Positions 1 through 10,555 of a stretch of 64,000 bases of DNA are shown piece by piece. The first letter of the stretch is position 1, and every line of letters begins with the position of its first letter. The translations under genes were made by a program, and so were the position numbers. The DNA is from Octopus sinensis (taxonomy: Eukaryota): NCBI RefSeq assembly GCF_006345805.1, contig NW_021832605.1, positions 62,001-126,000 on the forward strand. Direction: 5' to 3'. The notes beneath the pieces are model-generated. The model ran no database searches, was not told the origin of the DNA, and worked only from the letters and a program-made list of their open reading frames with translations.

Positions 1-377
1 GAACCCCCAGGCCCGTCACATCCCAAAACAATGTGATCTACTTTTCCCTTAGGCATAGATCGCCAAAGCAAAAAGTCCTCAAAATGCATTTCGTTGGCGG
101 ATGTGAGGGAGTCGTATATGTTCCCAGCAGCACTCGAAGAGCGTCCCCCAATGAACCTTCCGAGTTCAGTCAGGCGGGATGTCTGACTATGCCTTATATT
201 TCTCAGACCGGTTGTTCGAATAAAGACAGGAGTTCGTGCTGTTTTAGATGGAGAGAAAGGCAGGGAATCGGATGCTCTAGTCCATTCCAGAAGGGCCAGT
301 TGCCAGAGAGGCAGTATGATGTCATCAACCCCACGGGACCGTTGCCTACTTATGATGAGAGCCAGTTTGACCAATAA
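1..377 (+). CDS. 3' end of an unidentified micro-intron gene (partial)
   Basis: Candidate GT-AG micro-introns (gtgatctacttttcccttag, gtctgactatgccttatatttctcag) join a frame ending ...QYDVINPTGPLPTYDESQFDQ*; GC content is coding-like. No homology recognised. Confidence 0.35.
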   Translation, partial: TPRPVTSQNNVIYFSLRHRSPKQKVLKMHFVGGCEGVVYVPSSTRRASPNEPSEFSQAGCLTMPYISQTGCSNKDRSSCCFRWRERQGIGCSSPFQKGQLPERQYDVINPTGPLPTYDESQFDQ

Positions 378-585
378 TAATGACTGTTGTTCTCTCATTT
401 GCCATTTCAGATAAATGAGGTTGTTGCAATTGGAAAAAATGCTTGAATTTTATTAATTAAAAATTTGAATAATTTTATAAGGTGTATAGACTAGTAACAG
501 GGTTCTCAGGTGTAGAATACAACCATAATTAGAATAAAGAATTGGCTACCAAAAATATCTTGGTTGATAAGGTCATTTTGTATGT

Positions 586-625
586 CAGTGTTGGCCAATC
601 TACGGCCCAGTGGTATTTTATTCGT
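586..625. mobile_element. Orphan hAT (Buster-like) terminus
   Basis: CAGTGTTGGCCAATCTACGGCCC resembles the CAGGCCTGGCCAA terminus at 53188 and follows an nnnTAnnn 8-mer (ttgtatgt). No partner end found. Confidence 0.35.
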
Positions 626-747
626 CCACTAACTTTTGTAAATTAATTAACAAGTTAGCTCGTAATTGTTTTATTGATCTGACTGCCGCAAATAGCAGCT
701 GACCGTAAACAAATCAATAAATGTAATTTTTATTGTTTTAATTTTAA

Positions 748-1637
748 TTGTCGATTCTCCAACCCGCTACCGAATCTCCTATGGACTCAGAGTCTGTCGC
801 CGCAGAAAGTCGCTGGCTTGGGATGTCTCTTGAGCTTCCGCAGAATACACACGCACAAGACGAATGGGACAGGATTCTCTGCAATCAGAAGTCGAACAAC
901 CTCAAGCCTAAGCTTAACCAACATCGCTTGGCTTGTTTATTGGCTGCCTCGCAACCATATTCGGGGGCTTGGTTGACCGCCATCCCTATGGGATCTATTG
1001 GAACATTATTAGACGATGCATAGACCCTATGAGGATCAGCGTCTCATTGCGCCTGGGGCTAAACGTATGCCGGGAACATCGGTGCCGCTGCGGATCGACC
1101 GTTGACCTCTTTGGATTGCATCCATTATCGTGCTAGAAAGGCTCCAAACGCCCCCTTCGACATACTGCCCTGAACGACATAGTCAAGCGGACTCTTGAAA
1201 CTGCCGGATTCCCATCACAGTTGGAACCGGTTGGCCTGGTTCGGGAGGATGGTAAACGTCCTGACGGCCTAACGACTTTCCCCTTTGAAAATGGCAAGTC
1301 GCTCATCTGGGACGCAACTTGCACGGACACCTTCTCTGCCGGAAACATCTTTACGTCAGCCGCAGAGCCGGGCTCCGCAGCTAACCTGGCCGAAACGCTA
1401 AAAATCAAGAAATACAGTGCATTATCTCACCGCCATATCTTTGCCCCGATCGCAGTGGAGACGTCGGGAGTCCTCGGTCCCAGAACTAAAAAATTCCTTA
1501 TTAAACTGGGGGACCTGGCAAGCAGAAGGAGAAATGATCGTCGGGAACGGACATGGCTTTTCCAACGCATATCAATAGCCATCTTGCGTGGGAATTGCCA
1601 TTCCATCTTATCCTCTGCTGCTAATTAAATACTAAAT
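748..1637 (+). mobile_element. 5'-truncated CRE-type non-LTR retroelement (Zn knuckle + restriction-like endonuclease), subfamily A
   Basis: CRCG..HPLSC knuckle, EPVGL.REDGKRPDG..WDAT, ETSG and QRISIAILRGN motifs; one stop and frameshifts; short AT-rich 3' end; no RT domain. Confidence 0.85.
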
Positions 1638-1991
1638 TTAAAACCTAATTTCAAATAAAAAAAATTAGACAACAAACTATTGTTAAGAAATTTAAAAGTT
1701 TATTAAAATTCACATTCATTACGTCCTATAACGTCATTACATCTGATAACGTGGATTTTACTGAAACGTGATAAAATGACGCCGACTTCGGAATTGAGAA
1801 ATACACTCAACGTCAAAAAATTAATGGACCATCTTACAGAAGGACAGCACATCTTCTTAACGATGGCAAGATCTACGGGATTTCAAATTGTCACTTGAAA
1901 TTTTCAGATTAAAATTTTTAATCTGAGACAAAACGGGTCAAAACCTAAGAAACATGAGATCACAACACAACCAAACCATTAAAATTTAGTT

Positions 1992-2330
1992 CAGTGGTTC
2001 TCAAATGCGGCCCCCAGGATTTTTTGCGGCCCCTCTAGAGTAACTAACTTTTTTAATTTTTTAATAATGTTAAAATTTAATTATTTATTCTCTATTCTAA
2101 AATAAACTTTAAATAAACTATTTTAGCGTGGCATTTTTTATTCTGAAATAAAAAAAAAGAAAAAAAAGAGTCCAAAATCTCATTACGCATCAGCAGTGGC
2201 TTCACTTCGGATTGCAAGCGAGTTACCGGCTTGGAAAATATAAAAATATATAAAATATTTTTTGTGCGGCCCGCGAAGCTAATCTTAATTATCGATTTGG
2301 CCCTTGAGCTAAAAAGGTTGAGAACCCCTG
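1992..2330. mobile_element. hAT MITE
   Basis: TIRs CAGTGGTTCTCAA / TTGAGAACCCCTG (12/13) and subterminal GCGGCCC motifs; both flanks are nnnTAnnn but differ (atttagtt vs ggctaaac). Confidence 0.75.
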
Positions 2331-2861
2331 GGCTAAACTATAATCGGGTAACACCCATATTAGAACTAGATATAGTAGTAAAGCAATCCCTTTTTTGATC
2401 AGGTAGTCAAAATTTGTAAAGAAAAAGTACAATCTTTATCTATCATTGTTGTCAGGAAATACTGAAAATTATTTTTTATTTAATTGATTTCGAGAAGCTT
2501 ATGTTTGTGCGCACCTTAGCAATAAACATATCCCACAGACATTGAGTAATGTTTATTAATATTGAATACGATCATTATAGTGAATATGAGGAAGGAATGG
2601 AGCAATTCCCCTCGGCCACATTCTTTGGGCTACTGCGCTGACCAGATTAGGAAATATCTAACTAGAATACAACCACAAACTACCATTGCTAATCAAGGAC
2701 AGTTCATTCACAATCTCCTCCCTCCCCCAAGAAGGACACTTTAACAAAATCACTAGATGGTGTTCTTAGACCACAATAATAGCTCAAAAAATACGTAAAA
2801 GGTGAGAAAACCATATTTATTAATTATATATTAACTGGCTATTTTTCGTTATAGTAATTAG

Positions 2862-4693
2862 TAGGGCAACCAAAAAATTGCACTTTTTAATAAAAAAATT
2901 GCAAAAATGAATTTTAAAAATTGTAAAAAATTGCAAAAATAATTTTTTTTAATTGTAAACATTACATTATGCAAAAAATTAACGAAATTATTTATTGTAA
3001 TAGGAAATCAAATATTCCTGAACATTTTCAGGTTTAAAGTTCCTCTCTTTACTAAGAATTTTCGTCAAAAGAGATATTGCCCTTTCGATAGATGCTGAAC
3101 TTGCGCTACATTTTCTGAGATGTGAATAAACTTCTGGCGATAGATTCTTATTTGAGAATTCAAGAATACTTAGTATTCCTGATTTCTCAAGCTTTTTTGA
3201 TATATAGGATTTTATGTCGCATGGATCTGATGTAAAGTCTAGGGTGTTTAGATCACCATAAGCTGTTGCAATGGAGTAATCAAGCATTCAGTATTTGAAA
3301 TCATTTCAATTAATCCCAAATAATTTGAACTGATTGGGTTAAGCTGGAAAACAACGTAGGATTATTCACTGATTTTTTTTGCCTAAAATAATTAAAAACT
3401 AAAACATTTTGTATTAAAACTCCATCTCCTTCAAATTCAGATACGATTTTAATAATTTCTGGAAGATTCTGGGAGTAATATTTTGCTGCTTTTAGCCAGC
3501 TTCCCCATCTTGTAACCACAACTTCGGGTGGATTTCCGATTCGTGAAAACATCTCCAAACGTCTCTTGTTTTGACTGTGGCAGCCTTTATAGACGAAATC
3601 AATCATCAACATCTGCGAAGTATGCCTTAATCTTTAGAGCACAGTTGTGCAATAAATGTGACACGCAAGTCACGTGGAAAAGATTTTGGTATATCAATTT
3701 CATTGATGCCCCAGCTAAAATTAAATTATTTATATATACCACTGGTCATATATCTCGCCCCATCTGTAACGAATAATATAAAATTTTCACGTTCAATAGA
3801 AAATTTCTTTATTACTTGTCACCTCAACACAATTGTTGAAGTAGTAGTGGCGGATAATATAGATTGGTACACGATACTAAATGAAGATTTTTGGAGTGGA
3901 GATTTTCCCAATCAAAGTAATTAAAAAACGAGTTCCATTGATTGGGCTTCATCACAAACAAAAAAAACACCATTCCCCACTATTGAATAACTTAAAAAAA
4001 ACAACAGTAAATGAGTCTGAATGGTATTAATTTTATATTTTGATATTTCTTTAACATTAAACCTGCAAGATGATTCAGATGGCAAAGGATATGTTTCCTG
4101 CTCAAAAAGCCGTATGAGGGAAGGATGTGATTTATAAATTGGTATGTTTGCCTCCAAAAACGCTTGTGTTACTTTGATCCCCCAATCCTTTCGAGTATCC
4201 GTTATCGCCGAAAGAAATGTTTGTGAACTCTGAGATGAATTTGTCCATTCTATAAATTTAAATTCAAAGAAATACTGTGTGCTTTTAAATGTTTTTTTTG
4301 AAGAACGGTGCGCATCAACAAAAAATTTTGTGTCACACCGTACAACAGTTGAGCAATTGGAGCAAAAATAAATTCCCCTCACTGTCAATAACAAACTCGG
4401 GGAATTTCTTGCATAAAATGAAATTTTCTGTGACACTGTCCTTTACCCATTACAACAAACAACTAAAACACGTTTTAATAATCTTTTACTTATAATTATA
4501 TTTTTGTAATAAAAAAATTTTTTTTAATTAAAAAAATTGCAAAAAATTGTAAAATGACTACAAAAAATTGCAAAAATTGCAAATTTAAATCGATAAAAAT
4601 ATAATTAAAATTAATGTCTATTCATTACTTTATTATTTATCGAATTTTAATTAAATTATATTTAATTGCAAAAAATTGCAATTGGTTGCCCTA
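2862..4693 (-). mobile_element. hAT transposon with decayed CGGBP1-like transposase
   Basis: 12-bp TIR TAGGGCAACCAA, perfect 8-bp TSD GTAATTAG (2854-2861, 4694-4701), AAAAATTGC subterminal repeats, frameshifted ORFs (AFLEANIP, TRWGSWL, SSASIERA). Confidence 0.9.
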
Positions 4694-5972
4694 GTAATTA
4701 GGCGATGACTTGGATTTATAATTTATTAGGAGTTCGTGGTAGAAGGCACAGGTAGTTCGTGCATCAGTGCGAGATATAATATAGAAATACAATCCTGTCA
4801 TAACCAGCAAGGGAAATAAGAAAGTTATCATAGGAACGGAGTAATGATTTTCAGGAAATACAAACTGCAAAACGATACAAACTGCAAACGTCCCATTAAT
4901 GCGACAATTACAGACACGCCTCGGAAATATAACTTTGGTTTCATATTTTCCTGAAATAACTGTTCGGCGTCTTCAATAGGGCCTTTATTGCAGCCAATAT
5001 TTGTGTTTACAGTTTTTAATTTCTCGTTAAAATCAATCAAAAATGTCGCAAAATACCCCACGTGATCAGAATACCAACATTTAGTGGTTCCAATTTCCTT
5101 AAAAGTAGTCCCAAATCGCGTAACCGAACACTCTAACTTTACAAAAATGAGATTACTGTAATTGGAATGGTAAAGCAAATAGTCAATGCGTGATCCGGAA
5201 TTATTTCCCGAGTAAGGGTTACCCGGAAATCCAAATGTGACCAACTAACAACATTTTATAGTCAAATCCACCTTTGGATCAGAACAAGAATCGTGCAAAT
5301 CGGTGAGAACATTTAAAAATGAGAAATCTTCATTTTGAGGGGGAGAATTGAGGTCCCCCGCAAGAATGGCGACATCGGACGACTGGTGGCACTGATTTAT
5401 AAAACAGGCCAGCTGATAGAACTGTGCCCTCCTGTCCACAGCAAAGGAATTTGTGTCCGAATAACTGGCAATAGTCTTGAAGTGTCATAAAACACAAAAA
5501 ACGTGGCAATTGAAGATATCAACGGTTTTTCCATAAAAATCAATTCTGACGACTCCGACACCCTTCCCGCCGTACCAATCGCCGTGTGTGATTTGATGAG
5601 GATATCCATTCATGGTAAATTTATAAAAGGATATCCACAATATTTCATGTCGAGAAAACACGGCTAATCCCGACCCAGAAAAACCACTTAATGAATGACT
5701 AATTTTCCATACCTCAGAAAGTAGTGAGAATAACGAAACCTAGCAGTATTAGCAATAAGGTGGTAGTCGTTAATATCCCACAGCTATTATTAGTCAATAA
5801 TTAGAATACTTCTTGCAGACAAACTACGTTATAAGGACAGTTTGAAAGTGTCTCCCCAATCGCCTCCATTCGTGTTTTTCTGTCTTTGGAGACGAAGGGT
5901 ATCGGGACTCCCCTATTCGCTATAACGAATGGCTATTAACCAAGTGTTGAGAGTGACCACATTTAAGTCCAT
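4691..5972 (-). CDS. SMPD2: Neutral sphingomyelinase (micro-intron gene)
   Basis: Spliced protein MDLNVVTLNTW|GVPIPFVSKDR..VCLQE|LW..HGDWYGGKGVG..AGDLN..RIDY..SDH with a C-terminal TM region; five 26-28 nt GT-AG introns. The last exon junction is unresolved. Confidence 0.88.
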
Positions 5973-6059
5973 TATAACCTATTAATATTTTATTTCCTAG
6001 CTAAGTTAACAATCAAAAAAATCATTTTTGAAAATTTCATACTATGAAAAAAGTTTCAT

Positions 6060-6700
6060 ACTACGAAAAGACCCCACAACTACTCCCCTGTCGGATCGGA
6101 TTGATTCCGTGACGTCGGTGGCAGCAGAGGAGGCGCGAAGGCGTTTCTCCCAAGGTCCTCTTTGCTTATCAAACTCACCCTTCTCTTTTCCGGAGACATT
6201 GAACCAAATCCTGGACCCAGCAAGAAGAACCTATTACGTATCTTGCAGATCAACATCAATGGGATTGCTCATAAGACTGCTGAACTTTATTCCTTCCTGA
6301 AGAAGCACAATGTTGACATTCAAGAAACGAAGCTCTCGACCAAAATCGCTTTCCCTGGTTACTCATACGTCCGGGGGACAGACCTGTAAATGGGGATAGC
6401 CTACTAACTCTTATTAGAAAATCCATTCTGTTCACTAACTGTACCTCCCAAGCTTACTCGCTAATTGATAATGATCCAGTGATTGAAATGACAACTATAA
6501 CTGTCTCAACAGGGTCATTAATTAGAAGACTCATCAATATGTACATGCCTCATCACTCGTCATGTCCTCATAAATGGAGCCCTTCTATTCAAAACCTTCA
6601 GTCTTTCAGCAATGTAATTATTTGTGGTGATATGAACGAAAAGAGCCCGATATGGCTAAAGGCCCTAAACCATTGTGCCGCCTCCTCCGAATTTACGGCT
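6060..6700 (+). mobile_element. 5' fragment of a Jockey/L2-type LINE: 2A-like peptide + APE endonuclease
   Basis: LLFSGDIEPNPGP then LRILQININGI..QETKL..; later GDMN motif; frameshifts and stops. Confidence 0.75.
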
Positions 6701-6993
6701 GGCTTTGATAAGAATTTTTTGTTTCATATTCCCTTTATTCGAGGAAAATAATTTAAACAAAGATTTATCAAAAAATTATATTGACGGTGCAAGAAATAAA
6801 ACACGTCCTAAAATGGTTATTGTGAGGATTAACAACAAATCTTTACATTCTCTGTTGCTCAAATTTTTTATTTAGTAACTAATCAAAAACAAAATTAGAT
6901 GCTAGCTAGGTAAGTAACTAAGAGAATAGTCGAAAGCCACCGCGCTGTCTCGACCTAAACTCAAGTCGATTGGAATCTGCAGATGATCTGGAC

Positions 6994-7668
6994 CAGCGGT
7001 TCTCAAGAATTTTAAGGTATCTGTTCTTAAAATTAATTGTTATACGTCTGTAATATCTTTAGAACAGTCAATGGCAAATGAAAAGTATAAGAACTTTTTT
7101 CCTGCTCTAAAAAAAGTTATTGCATAAAAATTATTTCATAAGCTTGTGAGAATACTATCCGAATTAGATTCAATTCTTTAGCAAATGTATCATTGCTGAG
7201 TGTTAATTTTTTGACTATACCTTGTTTATTCTGAGAACAACGTTCTTTAGCAAAAATTGCAATAGCTTCCTTAAAAATTCCGCCATCAGTATACGGTTTC
7301 ATATGTTGAGTAATTAGATAACTAATTCTCATTAAAAGAAAATCTTTGGATGTGGTGCCACATCCAAAAAATGATGATCGTTTTACATATTCAGATTTTA
7401 AAAATCTAGTCTTTGTTTTCTAAAATTGACTTAATAAGTATCATAAATTGATTTTTGAAGATTATAATGTCTTTTGACGAAGAAGGTTTTTAACGATTTT
7501 ATCGCTGCATGACATATTAAGGAATATACTTTTCAATTCTTTTGAATCATAAAAAAACTTTCTTCCCATTTTTTTGAACCCCCTTTCCCCCTTTTTTCTT
7601 GCGCTATAGAACAATATTGTTGGGGGCGCAAAAATAAATTGATGGCCCGCATTTGTTCGAACGATCTG
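6994..7668 (-). mobile_element. Degenerate hAT element (GTF2IRD2/Buster-type transposase fragment)
   Basis: CAGCGGTTCTCAA end at 6994; KPYTDGGIFKE..KLTLSNDT motif at 7117-7332; degenerate opposite end; no TSD. Confidence 0.5.
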
Positions 7669-8071
7669 AAAGATCTTGCATGAAACAGGGATGGTGGAAA
7701 CGATTAAAAGAGCGTGTCCCGAGTCGCATGGTAACAGTGAAATCATAATTAACTTTTTGATTCCGCGAGAATTTATTAATAATAGTTGTGGGTGCGATGG
7801 TCTCTATGGTTTTTCGTCAAAAAATTTGAGTCCCTCGACGGATTCTTATGCGACTAATTGTCAGTAAAGATACTTACTAGAAATATGGTTTTACACTGAA
7901 GTAACCTATTTAATTCCTAAAAACAAATTTGCGGATCACCACGTGATTTACGTCCGATCACATGAATTCCAATTTTATATTCACAAGGTGTGATAATTCT
8001 AAGCTTTCTGATTATCTGGAATTATTAGATCTTATTTCTAAAAATCAGCTGGATGCAAAGAAAATTTAAAG

Positions 8072-9000
8072 GTGCAAAATAGCAAGCACTGGTGCAACAA
8101 CCTGGCCTCTGAGATCCTACTCAACTCTTTCGGATCTTGCCTGGATGGTGCTTTTTCGGATGGGCTCGCTACCTGGGATCGCTCCTTTTCTGAGAGGCCC
8201 GAAGATTTCTCCTCCCAACGTGCCTGGGACTCTATTGCATGCCGAGCGCGTGTGTCTGAGCTCTCGGCAACCCTTGATCAACACCGCCTGGCATGCCTTC
8301 GTGCGGCATCCGCCCCTCACTCTGGCAGCTGGCTGAATGCTCTTCCTCTCTCCAGCATAGGGACGTGGCTAGACGATGCTGCCATACGCATCGGAGTGGC
8401 TCACCGTCTCGGGCTGGATGTTTGTGCAAAACACCGCTGCAGATGCGGTGAGGACGTTGACGAAAAGGGACTGCACCCACTTTCCTGCAAGAGGAGCGCA
8501 GGCAGGGAACACAGACACAAGGCCCTCAATGAAATCGTGAAGGCCGGTCTCGAAATGGCGGGCCATTCGTGCCTCCTCGAACCGGTCGGACCCGATCGGG
8601 GAGATGGCAAAAGGCCTGACGGGATGACAATATTCCCGTACTCGTCGGGGAAGGCCCTCGTATGGGATGTCACCGTTGTGGATACCTTTTCGAAATCGAG
8701 GATCCATTCTTCTGCGGCAAACCCTTGTTCGGCTGCAAACCACGCCGAAAAGATAAAAATACACAAATATTCTTCGCTTGCAGACCGCTACCGCGTTACG
8801 GCAATCGCCCTGGAGACCGCTGGAGTTGCAGGAAAGGAGACTGACTCGTTCCTCAAAGAGGTCGGGCAGTCCATCGGGAGGAGGCTCAAGGACTCGAGAG
8901 AGAGCCTCTGGTTCCGCCAGCGCATCGGCCTGGCCATTGTTCGGGGCAACGCACACTGCGTACTCGCCGCTGGAACTTAACGATTTTCGGGACTGGTTAA
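8072..9000 (+). mobile_element. 5'-truncated CRE-type retroelement, subfamily B (GC-rich, 302-codon open RLE frame)
   Basis: HSGSWLNALP, CRCGEDVDEKGLHPLSC, DGKRPDG..WDVTVVDT, ETAG, QRIGLAIVRGN; no ATG start and no RT. Confidence 0.88.
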
Positions 9001-9020
9001 TTATTTTATAAATACCGAGT

Positions 9021-9440
9021 ATGAAAACAATTTATGTGCCGTCCGTCCTCGAATCGGTCGGTTTGGACAGAGGCGACGCCAAACGCCCTGACGGCTTAAC
9101 TACATTCCCCTTGGAGCAGGGAAAATCCTTTATATGGGATTCCACTTGCTGTAACACATTCTCCAACGGGAATCTAGCCAGGTCTGCCGTCGACCCAAGC
9201 TTTGCTTCCAATCGCGTTGAAGATCTTAAAATGCTGAAATACGGTCACCTCTTTAGCTTCGTTTTCACGCCCATCGCCGTTGAGACCTCTGGGATCTTCG
9301 GCCGCAAGTCGCTTTGTTACCTACGGGGTTTGAAGAGAAGAATCGCCAAAAGGAGGGACGACACGAGAGAGTCCTCTTGGCTTCTTCAACATCTCTCCAT
9401 TGCCGCAATCCGTGAGGCTGGGAGGGCGCCCTAACCTGCG
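9021..9440 (+). mobile_element. 5'-truncated CRE-type retroelement, subfamily C
   Basis: ESVGLDRGDAKRPDGLT..WDST..AVETSG; starts about 40 bp after the previous copy's stop codon. Confidence 0.8.
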
Positions 9441-9509
9441 TAGTCTTAAACAATCCTTCTTCCTTTTCTAACTGTCTTTTAATTAATTCGCGAAAAAAAA
9501 TTCATGTGC

Positions 9510-9640
9510 CACTTGGATTAACGTTAAGAAAGTATATGATTCAGTTGATTATGATTTCCTGTGCAATGTGTTGGATTGTTCAAATCTTTCTACCTGAATA
9601 ACCAACTTTGTGTGAAGAGTCTAACTGGCAGATGGAACAT
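9510..9640 (+). mobile_element. Reverse transcriptase remnant
   Basis: WINVKKVYDSVDYDFL resembles the WID.KKAYDSV RT motif of RLE-type LINEs; stops follow. Confidence 0.4.
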
Positions 9641-10555
9641 TTGATTTTTTGTAATATAAAATCCAACAAAGGGTTCCATTTGCGTTTTTGGTAAATTTGA
9701 ATTAATTGAGATTTCGGAATTGAGAGAACGTATGGGAGAGACTCGATTCGCATGTCACAATCGGGATTTCTTTAAAGCATCCCGCTTTTTGATAAGTGTT
9801 AGAACTCGAATTGGTAAATTTGGGTTAACATTCAATTTAAGCAAAACGATGCGTCTGGAAAGTGGGATTGTCCATACTTCGGATTGATGTTCTTGCATAG
9901 CCAATCGGGTTTTTCAGAATGGTTATAAGGTCCAAAGCAGGAAGGATATGTTCTCTGGGGTTGTCAGCTGATTAGGACAGTACCCAGAGCAGATATTTCA
10001 ATTTAAAGTCGCCACGTAATAACAAATAATTTAATCCTCATAGTTTTAATATATTTGATTTGTAAGAAAGTGTACATTAGGAGAAATATACCTGTTACAT
10101 AAAGCAAAACTTTTTATACACGATTGGCAGGCTACCACGGAAGAATGTTGACGGCTATTTTTTGTTATCACACAAACAAAAAATCAAGTCCAGAATTCTG
10201 CCTAATTTATTAATCGCAGCAGAATATAGCAGGGAATTGGGCATTGTGAGAATAGCAGAGCAAATGTCTTAGGTCATCTCAGTAATCTCTTTGAGAGTTT
10301 GTCGATTGTAATTGGAATGGCTGTTTGTTAATGTCACTCAGGGGTTGAATAAGGTAAGTAAACCGTTTGTTTTCAAGAAGATGTTATTCAAATTATAGAT
10401 GGCAATAAACAAAGAATATGTTAAATAAATTGTGTTTGTCTTTTATAATCTTACAGTATTACATTAAGTAAGTAGATTAAACTCAAAGACTCGTAAAACT
10501 TAAAGTCTACAAACCTCTGACATGAAACGACGATTTATTCAGCCAGGTATTAAAA

